NCBI GenBank assembly: GCA_001643675.2
Contig: LSRY02000032.1
Span: forward strand, 992,001 to 1,056,000
Origin: Monocercomonoides exilis PA203
Taxonomy: Eukaryota > Protista > Preaxostyla
Direction: 5' to 3'
DNA: 64,000 nucleotides
Position 1 is the stretch's first letter. Every line of letters begins with the position of its first letter. The translations under genes and the position numbers were made by a program. Shown piece by piece: positions 24,933-36,900 of the stretch. Below the pieces are notes generated by a model. That model made no database searches and was not told the DNA's origin. It was given only the letters and a program-made list of their open reading frames with translations.

Positions 24933-27900
24933 ATGCAAGAACCCAGACTCGTATGTTATCGATAACTTGTATTTATACTCAAATAACATGCTTCAAATAA
25001 AATTACCTCTATAAATTAGTACTTTATTGCAGAGCCCGAGATCTTGAAATCTCAGAGCTTTGTTGATGCACTTCTTGTTAGAACGGCAATTTCACCAAAT
25101 AAAATTGCATTTTCGTATCTAGTAAATGGAGAGACAATGGGAAGACAAATGACTTATGCTGAACTGAAAACTCGAGCGCAAGCTATTGCTTCTGTCCTTC
25201 AATCAAAAGGATGCTCAAATAGATGCTGCCTTATGCTGTATCCTTTGGAAGGATTGGAATTTATTGAGGGTTTAAACATATTAATATAGAATTTTCATTT
25301 ACTTATTCAATATTTATTTGTTATCAATTTCTCTTTTTCTAATAAATTCGTTTTTGATGATTAACGTTTTTTTAATTTCTGCTTTCAGCCTTCTTTGGAG
25401 TTATGTTTGCGGGTTGCATTGCTGTTCCATGTTACCCTCCAGATCCTAGTCGTCTTAAGAGAACAATGGCTCGTTTTCGAGCAATTATCGAAGATGCAAA
25501 AAGTCCGGTTGTATGTACAACTAAATTTATGATGGGAATGCTGAAACCAGTGATTGCTTCCGTTCCTGAATTTAATGATATCGAAATCTTGTGGGTTGTT
25601 ACGGATGAAATTGAAAGCGATCAATCTTCTAACTGGATTAATCCTCGCGTTAACAAAGATACAATTTGTTTTCTTCAATACACTTCTGGTTCAACCGGTA
25701 TTCCAAAGGGTGTCATGGTGTCTCATGGAAATTTAATTGCAAACGTTAAAATAATTACAGAAGGGTTTCACTATCATCCTTCATTTACTGTGCTTTGCTG
25801 GCTTCCATTGTATCACGATATGGGTCTTATTGGTCACGTATTTGGACCTATATGGATTGGATGCCCCACAATAATTATGGCCCCTACAGATTTCTTGAAA
25901 AAACCGTCGCGCTGGCTGAAAGCGGTATCAGACTACCGCTGTGCCGTTGCTGGAGGGCCGAATTTTGGATTTGAGCTGGCGATTCGGAAGACGACGGAAG
26001 AGCAGAGAGACCAACTTGACTTGTCGTGCTGGGAGATGGCTTACTGCGGCTCAGAGCCAATTCACCCGAAAGTTGTGGAGAACTTCTTTTCGTTTTTTGG
26101 GCCTGCGGGTGCCAGGCGGAATATCTTCACGCCATGCTACGGCTTGGCTGAAGCGACGCTGATGGTCACGTCGCACACACGCGGGACGATCCCACGGATG
26201 TTGATGCTGGACATGGACTCACTCGCACAGGACGAGGCTGTGATGTACTACTACCCGAAGGAGACAGAGCCCGACGGGTCAAAGGCAAAGTCCATCAAAT
26301 ACTTGATGACTGCTGGAAGAATTGTGCGCGGCGTTTGCGTGCGAATCGTGTCGACGAAGCCGCCTTTTGTTGCTCAGAAACCAGGAATCGTCGGAGAAAT
26401 TTGGGTCACTGGAGAAGCCACTGCGCTTGGCTACTGGGGACGAGAAGACGCTACGCGCGAGGCGTTCAGGGCGTTTCTGGCATCAGGCGAGGGTCCCTTC
26501 TTGCGAACAGGCGATTTGGGCTTTTTGAACTGCGGCGAGCTGTTTATTTGCGGAAGATTGAAGGATATGATGATCATTGGAGGAAAGAACATCTATCCAC
26601 AAGACATAGAGACAGCAGTGGAGATGCATGTCGATGAGATTCGAGGCGGTTGCTCTGCTGCTTTTGCGCTGGATGGTGTTGAAGCAGAGAAGATCATCTA
26701 CGTTGCAGAGACGAAGACAGACGTGGAGGCAGAAGAAGGAAAGGACATTGTGCATCGCATTGTTGATATTGTCTCTGCACAATGCGAAGTGGCGCTTTCG
26801 TGTGTTGTTTTAATCAAAGAAAGAACGATTCTGAAGACAACATCTGGCAAAATCCAGCGGCGTGCCACGAAAGAAGCATTTCTCAAGAACGAGCTTGATG
26901 TGCACTTCAGCTGGACAGAAGGGCAGCCATTGGGCCCATCGCCAGTTGATCCCAAAGAGAAGAAGAAGAAGCAACAGCAGCAGCCAGTCATCTCCACACC
27001 TTCTCCGATCCTGATGCCTTCTCCCACAATGTCGCCCAGCATGAAGCAGCCCATCCTCTCCACAGCCACCGCACTGGAGTTGGAGTACCGCGATTTCCTG
27101 TGCAAGCGCATTGCAGAGCGAACAGTCACAGAGCCTTCTCTTGTCGACCCCAACGACACATTCTCCTCCTTCGGCATCTCATCCAGCGAAGGACTCGTGC
27201 TGATCGGAGAAATCGAAGACCACATCAACGCCAAGCTTGCTAATTCTGTGCTGTATGAGCATCCAACCATCGCCACACTGTCGCACTATCTGGCTGAGCT
27301 GTCTATCGCCACAAATGCCCCTCGCTATCAGCGCCTCGGCCAAGATGCAGACAGAGCAGAAGAGCTGAGGGCAGATATGAATCCTGTGCCGATGGACCAG
27401 AAAGACATGTTCAACTTCGATGGACTCAAACGCAAAGCGAACGAAGCAGCAGAATCAGCTTCGGCTTCTGCTTCAGCATCAGCATCAGCTTCATCTGATG
27501 CCTCTATCACATCTCCTTCTTCTGTTCTGTTTCCTTCAGCTGACTCTTCTTCAGACACAGCAACCACAGTCAGCAGCGGTGAGTCTATTGCGATTGTCGG
27601 TATGAGCTGCCGTTTCCCTGGTGCCCACTCGACACAAGAGTTCTGGAACAACATCTGCAACGGAGTAGATTCCATCACCCGTGTGCCTTCCTCTCGTTGG
27701 GATGCTGATGCATTCTATTCACCTGCTCCATCCACACCTGGCAAGATGAACACACGAATGGGCGGCTTCATCGACGGCATCGACCAGTTTGACAGGCGCT
27801 TCTTTGGCCTCACAGCAGAAGAGGCAGCAGCGATGGATCCACAACAGCGTCTTGTGCTGGAAGTGGCTGTGGAAGCAATCGAAGATGCAGGAATGCCACT

Positions 27901-30900
27901 AAACGAGGTGCAAGGATCGATGATGGGCGTGTTTGTGGGCGTTGGTGGATCAAGCGATTACACTTCCATGCAGCACAACCCATCTTCCTTGTCGAAGTCA
28001 AGTCCCTTCACCGCAACTGGATCATCACCTGCAATTGTATCTAACAGACTGTCGTATTTGCTTGATATTCACGGACCTTCTGTTTCGATGGACACTGCGT
28101 GCTCATCATCTCTTGTTGCGTTGGATGCTGCCTGCACAGCCATCAGAAACGGAACATGCACCTCTGCACTGACAGCAGGCGTGAATGTGATCTTATCTCC
28201 GCTGGTGTCTGTGAATCTCTCACAGGTCGGATTTCTCTCACCAGACGGCCACTGCAAAGCATTTGATGCCTCTGCGAATGGCTATGTGCGGAGCGAAGGG
28301 TGCGGGTGTGTTGTGCTGAAGCCGCTGTCTGCTGCGCTGCGGGACGGCGACCGCATCTACGCGTGTGTGCGCTCGACAGCAGTCAACCAGGACGGCAAAT
28401 CGAACGGGCTGACTGCACCCAACCCGAAGGCGCAGGAAGAGTGTCTGAGAGCAGCAGTGGCAGGGGCGTTGGTGGACGGCGCAGCAGTGCAGGTGATAGA
28501 GGCACACGGGACAGGCACAGCACTCGGTGACCCCATCGAAGCCAAAGCAATCTCACACGTTTATTGCCCACCGAACAGAAATGCTAAGAATCCGCTGCTT
28601 GTAACTGCAGTGAAGTCGAACATTGGCCACTCTGAAATTGCTGCTGGAATGGCTGGGCTGATCAAGACAGCGCTGTCTATCTACACAAAAGTGATTCCTG
28701 GTGTTGCCCTCTTCAGAGAATGCAACAACGCCATTGACGAAGAGCAGCTCAAAATACAAATCGTGAGAAAGACACAGGAATGGCCAGAGCTTTCTGTTGG
28801 AATGGTTCGATTGGCAGCAGTCTCGTCCTTTGGCTTTGGAGGCACCAATGCCCATGCTGTACTGCAAGAAGCACCAAAAACAAAAGATGATTCAGAGACT
28901 GAGCCAATTATGCAGAAGAAGGATGCAGTTGGTGCCAGCATGTCACCACCACCTGAATCATCCTCATCTCCAAGTGGAAACGAGAATGAGAACTCACTTC
29001 CTGTTGTGCTTCCTCTGTCTGCAAAGACACAACCATCGCTGAAGCTGCTTCTGTTTGCCTTCAAAAAGTACCTGAAGGAAATGGAACAGAACAGCTACAC
29101 ATATTCTCTCCCATCGCTTGTCTCTCCGCTGTTCTTCAACCGCAATCACCATCCAGAGCGTGCAGCTGTCACTGGACGGAATGTGGAAGAGCTTGTCGGC
29201 TCGATCGATGCACTACTCAGCGACAAGCCACCAAAAGTGGGCGGAGCAACAGGCAGAGCAGCAAGAAATGTGGGCGCAGGCACAAAAGTTGGGTTTGTGT
29301 TTGTGGGACAAGGAACAGCATATCCACACATGTGCCAGGAGCTGATGAAAGTGGAAGGACCGTTCAAAGACACGATGACAAAGATACAGAAAATGATTCT
29401 GGAAATCAATCCTAAATTGGACATTTTGAAAGAGATGATGTTAGACAAAGAGAACAGCCGACTGAGTGCATCTACAGCAGTGTCTCAACCATGCATATTT
29501 GCAGTGGAGGTGGCGCTGGCGGAGCTGGTGAAGTCGTGGGGTGTGGAGGCGTCGGCAGTGGTGGGGCACTCGATTGGGGAGATTGCAGCGAGTGTGGTGT
29601 GTGGAGCGATGAGCATGGAGGAGGCGGTGCGTCTGGTGGTGATCCGTGGGGAGTGCATGAGCCGAGCGAAGGAAGGCGGGGCGATGGCGGCAGTGGAGAT
29701 GTCAGTGGAGGAGGTGATGAAAGTGCTGGAGAAGTGTGGAGTGAAAGAGAGCTCGGTGACGATTGGGGCGTGGAACAGCCCAACATCGGTGACGCTGTCG
29801 GGAGAAGCAGGAGCGATGGACAAAGTGCTTGGGGAGCTGGAGAAGACAGGAGTGTTCTGCCGGAAACTGGATGTGTCGTCGGCGTTCCACACGTGGTACA
29901 TGGACTCAGCGCGAGAAGAGCTGGAGAAGCGACTGGGGGTTGTGAAGAACACACATGGGAAGATTGCGTTTGTGTCGACAGTGAGTGGGGAAGAGATTGA
30001 TGGAGAAGAGCTGACAGGAGAATATTGGGGAAAACAAATCAGATCCCAAGTCAAATTCTGCAAAGCTATCGAAACAATGGAAGAAAATTTGAAAATTCGC
30101 ACTTTCATTGAGATCGGACCTCATCCAGCACTCACACGAAACATTGCAAGTTGTGTTGAAGCAGCTGCCACATCATCTGCTTCGGCGTCAGCCACAATTA
30201 TTCCCACTCTTATTCGAAATGAAGATTCATCAGTTGCCATCTCCACAACCATATGCCATCTTTACACAGCAGGAATCCTGCTTCCACAGGCTGTCAGTGC
30301 AATCTTTGGCATTGTGCGCAAGCCATTCTATGAGACACCATTTATTGCATCTCATCCACTTCCACTCACTCCATGGAACCACGAGCGATGCTGGGTGGAC
30401 ACAGTCTCATCAGAACCCTTCAGAGCAGCTGCACTCCTCTCAAAAACAGCAAGTGCGGTTGATCCACTGGCTGAAGATGCCTCATATGAAGAGCATTTTG
30501 TACCTTCTTCATTGCCAGCCACAAGAACAGGATCAAAGAAGGACAAGAACTTTGTTGTGCTGCTGCCGCAGAAGGAGATGACCGAGCCAATGAAGTATTT
30601 GGTTGAACTGTTTGCCAGAAAAGGAGACAGAGTGGTGTTTGTTCTCCCACCAGCCACTGCGCATCACTCATTCAGCAAATCAAACGAGAAAGGCAAACAG
30701 GAAAAGAAACAGGCAAAGATCGAAATTCTGACACCACAAACAAATGAAGTTGTGAGAAGCTATCTGTCTGGATTGAAGCCGAAAGGAAGATCAACTTCAG
30801 CTTCAGCATCATCCTCTTCTTCTTCTGTTGTGGAATGCCCAGACCAGTTTCTGTTTCTGCAGACCCCGTCGGATCCATCTCGGTTGCCGACGCTGTTTGA

Positions 30901-33900
30901 GATGATGGGCACACACTTCATCGGAGGAAGTGAAAGCGAAGGAGCATTCTCTGTGGTGTATGGCTGGGCACTCGACGGAGTGTCGTCTGATTCGAGTGAG
31001 TTGAAAGCACCCACATCAGCCGTGGCAGCCACCTTCCACACGTTTGTGTCGTCGTGGATTGCACACTTTTCGAGTGTTCCTCGTCTGTTTGTGCTGACAG
31101 CGGGTGTGGCACCTGTGGAACGCACAGGAAATGCCCTGTCGAGCACAGCTGGATGCAGCCACTTGACACGCTTGGCTGATCTGCAGAAGGAGAAGACAGA
31201 AGACGCGAAGGATGTGCCAAACACACTTTCTGAGGCGCCTCTGTGGGGATATGCAGGGAGCATTGGAGTGGAGTATCCAGACTCTCACTGCAGTGTGGTG
31301 GATGTGAGTGCTGCACCCGAGGCATCAGCTGAGGATGTGGCTGTGTTATATGCTGAACTCCACTCAGCTGCCGAGCAGAGCGAAGATCGAGTGGCCATCC
31401 GCGAAGGCAGCAGGCTGGTGGCAAGACTCCGAAAGGGAGCAGTGTTTGGGAGCGAGCTGGAGAATGAGGAGAACAACTTTGAGGCAGAAGAGCAGAAACA
31501 GCATGGAGCAAGGAAAGGAGAGAGCAGTGGAGCATATGTGATCACAGGTGGATTTGGCGGGTTTGGGCGAAGAGTGGCAGCGTTTCTGGCATCGTCTGGT
31601 GCGACAGCGATTGTTCTGGTGGATGTTGCGATTCCTCCGCCGTCGTCGCCAGCAGGCACAGCCGTTGCGACGCTGAAGTCGGCCTTCAGCCGGTGCAAGT
31701 TCGACGCGATTGCATGCGACGTGGGAGATGCACAGACGCTGCGGAAGAAGCTGATGGAGGTGCCATCCATTGGTCCCAAACTGCGCATCCGCGGGGTGAT
31801 GCACTGTGCAGGGCTGTTATCGCAGAAGCTGATTGTGCAGTTCAACGAGGAGGAGATGACAAAAGTGATGCGGCCGAAGGTGGAAGGAGGATGGGCGCTG
31901 CACGAGATTGCGTTGGAATCTGCGCGTCTGTCGCCTTCTGTGCTGAAGCACTTTGTGGTGTGGTCGTCGATCTCTGCTGTTGTCCCCACACACGGCGAGG
32001 CTGCATATGCATCGGCCAATGCGTTTCTGGATGCCCTGACACAATACAGACGATCAATTGGACAGCCATCCACGTGTCTGAACTGGGGTGTGATTGGCGA
32101 TGCAGGAATGATCACAACACAGTCATCAGCCACGCTGAATGCGATGAAAGACATCGGCCTTGGATCCACACCGATCGACACAGCAGTCAGAATTCTATCA
32201 CACACACTTCAGTTCCCTCCAGCAAATGGGCAGCAGCAGGTGTATCGGCTGGACTGGCAGAAATGGTTGGAGCTGCACCCAGCAACAAGAAGATACGATG
32301 AAGTGAAGCCACGTCCAATATCATCAACAGCCAGCCTGCTGGATGCATACGAGCAAGCAGGAGCATCCGATGCATCAGCCTCAGCATCTTCTGCATCTGC
32401 TTCGAGTTCAACGTCTGCCTCAGGAGCAGCAGGAGGCATTGCACGAAGCTTTGAGGAGATCAAAGAGTGGCTGCTGGATGCAGTGAGCGAACATCTGGGA
32501 ATGAAAGCAGAGGAGATCTCGCCTGAAGAGCCGTTGATGCAGTATGGCCTGGACAGCATGGGAGTGATGTCGCTGACACGGGCACTGTCATCATATCTGG
32601 GTGTGACTATTTCACCCACACTTTTGTATTCATACAGCACAGTCACACAGATCGCATCACACTTTGCAGCTTCTGATGAAGAGCTGGCTCAATCATCTGC
32701 CTCTGCTTCATCATCGTCATCTGGTTCATCATCATCAATTTTGAAGAAGGAAGCATCACTTGGCAAGTCATCTCCACTCGACTCGTCTCTGGCAATTGTG
32801 GGAATGAGCTGCAGATATCCAGGCTCGTGCCACTCGCTGGCTGAGTTCTGGTCGTTCCTTCAGACGAAGAAGGATGGTGTGATTGCAGTGCGACCAGACA
32901 GATGGGACATTGAGACATACTTGGCGAAGGACAACGACACGCAGGCGCCTGGAAAGATGGTGTCTCCGTGTGTTGGGTCATACGATGAGATGGACAAGTT
33001 CGATCCACACTTCTTTGGGATCTCTCCGAGGGAGGCAGAGCGGATGGATCCGCAACAGCGTCTGGTGCTGGAGTGCAGCTGGGAGGCGCTGGAAGATGCA
33101 GGAATTGTGCCAGAGTCGCTGAGCGGGAGCGACACGGGGGTGTTTGTGGGCATCTCGTACTCAGACTACGGAATGATGCAGAACGGGAGCATCAATGATG
33201 TGAACCCGTACTCTTCGACAGGTGGGGCACTGTGCATGGCAGCCAACAGGCTGTCGTATCTGCTCGATCTGCGCGGGCCGTCAGTGGCGTGTGACAGCGC
33301 GTGCTCGTCTTCGCTGTCTGCGCTGCATCTGGGCGCAAACTGCATCAAGCAGGACGAGTGCAATCTGGCCATTGTGAGTGGTGTGAACTCAGTGCTGCTG
33401 CCACACGGAGCCATTGCCCTGACGAAGACAAGTGCTCTGTCGCCAGAAGGAAAGTGCAAGACATTCGACTCCTCTGCCGATGGGTTTGTGCGTGCTGAGG
33501 GGTGCGGTGTGGTGATCCTGAAGCCTTTAGCACAGGCTCTGCGTGATGGCGACCGCATCTATTCGACGATCCTGGCATCGCTGCTGAACCAGGACGGAAG
33601 AAGCAATGGACTCACTGCACCGAACGGACTTGCACAGCAAGCGCTGCTGAAGGGTGTGTATGCGAAGGCAGGAATCGATCCGTCGGAGGTGTCGTTCATC
33701 GAGACACACGGAACAGGTACGAAGCTCGGCGATCCAGTGGAGGTGCAGTCACTGTGTGCTGTGCTGTGCCAGAAGGGCAGAGACGCAGAGACAGCTCCAC
33801 TGCATTTGGGATCAGTGAAGTCAAGGATTGGCCATTCAGAGTCAGCTGCTGGTGTGGCGTCGCTGATCAAAACGAGTCTGACGCTGTGGAAGAGGAAGCT

Positions 33901-36900
33901 GACACCGAATCTGCATGTGAAGGAGCCGAACGAGATGATTGCGTGGAAGGAGTATCCATGTCTGCATGTGCCAGTGGAGTGCAGCACACTCTACTCGCAG
34001 GAGTATCTGAAGCAGCTGAAGAAGCAGCATCTTCCTCTTCCGCAATACGATGTGCCTGAATCGAGTGAGAAGAGCAACGAGGAAGAAGAAAGCGCTGCAG
34101 GAGAAGACAAAGGCACTTTGTATGCAGGTTTGTCTTCATTTGGATTTGGTGGGACGAATGCACACATTGTGGTGCAGAGTCCACTTTCGTCGTGGGAGCC
34201 AAAAAGACACAGCGGAAAGCAGTCGAAACGGACACACTTTATGCTTCCTCTGTCAGCACGCTCAGACAGCGCATTGCAGAACCTGGCTGGGAAGTATCGC
34301 GACTACATCTTGTCATCAGCATCTTTGAGGAAGATGAAGAAGAGCCAGGCAAAGAAAGAAGGAGAAAAGCGGATTGAATTCTTTGATGCACCTGCTGATC
34401 TCCAGGCTGCTGATTTGTGCTACACAGCTGCCTTCAGAAGACAGCATCTGTCGCATCGTGGATGCTTCTGTGCATCATCACTCGAAGAGCTGGCAGAAGA
34501 GCTCGACCGCTTTGCACGACAGGCACCTGCACCAGAAAGAGCGAAGGGAGAGCCAGCAAAGACAGCCACCGTGACTGGAACGCTTCCCGTTTCAACAGTT
34601 CAGAGACGTGTGGGATTTGTCTTCACTGGACAGGGATCTCATTGGCTTTCGATGGGAAAGAGATTGATTGAGAGCGACCCAGTGGTGAAGAGGACAATTG
34701 CACAGATTGATGCACTGGCACAACGTGTGTTTGCTTCATTGAAAGCAGAAGATCCAAAGAGGAAAGTATTTGAGTTCTCCATCATGGAGGAGCTGATGAA
34801 TGAAGATGAGAAGGAATCACACATGAAATCAACAGCAGTGTCTCAACCATGCATATTTGCAGTGGAGGTGGCGCTGGCGGAGCTGGTGAAGTCGTGGGGT
34901 GTGGAGGCGTCGGCAGTGGTGGGGCACTCGATTGGGGAGATTGCAGCGAGTGTGGTGTGTGGAGCGATGAGCATGGAGGAGGCGGTGCGTCTGGTGGTGA
35001 TCCGTGGGGAGTGCATGAGCCGAGCGAAGGAAGGCGGGGCGATGGCGGCAGTGGAGATGTCAGTGGAGGAGGTGATGAAAGTGCTGGAGAAGTGTGGAGT
35101 GAAAGAGAGCTCGGTGACGATTGGGGCGTGGAACAGCCCAACATCGGTGACGCTGTCGGGAGAAGCAGGAGCGATGGACAAAGTGCTTGGGGAGCTGGAG
35201 AAGACAGGAGTGTTCTGCCGGAAACTGGATGTGTCGTCGGCGTTCCACACGTGGTACATGGACTCAGCGCGAGAAGAGCTGGAGAAGCGACTGGGGGTTG
35301 TGAAGAACACACATGGGAAGATTGCGTTTGTGTCGACAGTGAGTGGGGAAGAGATTGATGGAGAAGAGCTGACAGGAGAATATTGGGGAAAACAAATCAG
35401 ATCCCAAGTCAAATTCTCAAAAGCAATTGAGTATATGATCAAGTCACCACTTCACATCAACACATTCATCGAGCTTGGCCCACACACATCGCTACTGGGC
35501 TATATTAAGCGTGTTGCTGCTGTGGCTTCATCAGCACCATCATCGATTCAGCTTGTGGGATCATTGCGCAAAGGAGAGAATGAAAGTCTGTCGATGCTGT
35601 CAGCATTGGGACATTTGTTCTGTGGAGGAATGAAGCCGAAGTGGAGCCAGGTGGGTGGATACGATGGAGTGTTTGTCCGAGCACCAACATATGCATGGGA
35701 TCACGCGAGCTATTGGCTGAACGACTCGATCATCAGCCACTCAATCAGTGCGAGGATGTCACCAATCACAGGAAAGATGGTCAGCGGACGATCGAATTCA
35801 GCAGAGCTGGCCAAGATGCAGGGAATGGACTCACTCTCCATTCTGAACGGAACACCCACAACACATCCACTTCTCCGCTTCCACACAGAATATGCAGGAG
35901 GCATCCACATCTGGGAGACTCCGCTGAAGAAGGACGAGTCTGCACGTCGCTTCATCTACGACCATTATGTGATTGGGGCAGTGCTTGTGCCTGGTGTGAC
36001 ATACATCGAGATGGGTCTTGGACTGTCAGCACTTCTCAATGGAGACGGACCACACACGATCACAGACATCCGATTCGACAAGCCGCAGTTTTTGAACGTG
36101 GAAGATCCACGACACTACCAGATCCATCTGGTTCCAGTGCCAACCACATCGAGCGAGGCTGTTGGAACAATCGACATCTATTCACGTGCACCAGTTGCAG
36201 AAGACGAAATCAAATCTTCTTCTGCCTCTGCATCTGCCTCAGCATCATCTTCTGATAAATCAGGTGCCAGTGGAGAAGACAGCTCGAAGGTGCAGTGGAC
36301 ACATCACGCATCGATGACAACACACTTTTTGAGAGAAGACGGCTGGTATTCTGCGCCAAAACAGGCCCAGCTGCAGAAGAAAGTTGATCTGAAGAAGCTG
36401 AAAGAGCGATGCCCGAACGAGCTGACAAGAGCAGAGTATTACGACGAGCTGTTTGAGAGAGGACTGCAGCTGCGAGATCGGTTCAAGGGAGTGACAAATG
36501 TGTATCTGTCAGACACAGAATGCTTGGCAAGGATTCAGCTGGCAGAAGGAAACGACCGAAGAGGAATGCATCTGCACCCGACGATGCTGGACTCTTCGCT
36601 GCAGTGTGCAGGAGCAATGCTTCTGTTCCACCGCACGCTGACCGACAAGCGGGGCATCTACTTGCCAGTCTCACTGGACAAACTGCATTCGTGGCGCCAG
36701 TGGCCAGATGTGGTGTTTGCGTGGGTGCGTCTGCTGTCCTTCCAAGAGAACTCGCTGCTGGTGGACATCACAGTGTATGACGAAGATGGACTGGAGGTGG
36801 CTGATATCCACCACTTCCGCTGCAGATACGTGGAAGACACACGAAATGTGGAGGACGACATGTATAACGTGATCTGGACAGAAAGCTTGCTGAAGGCAGA

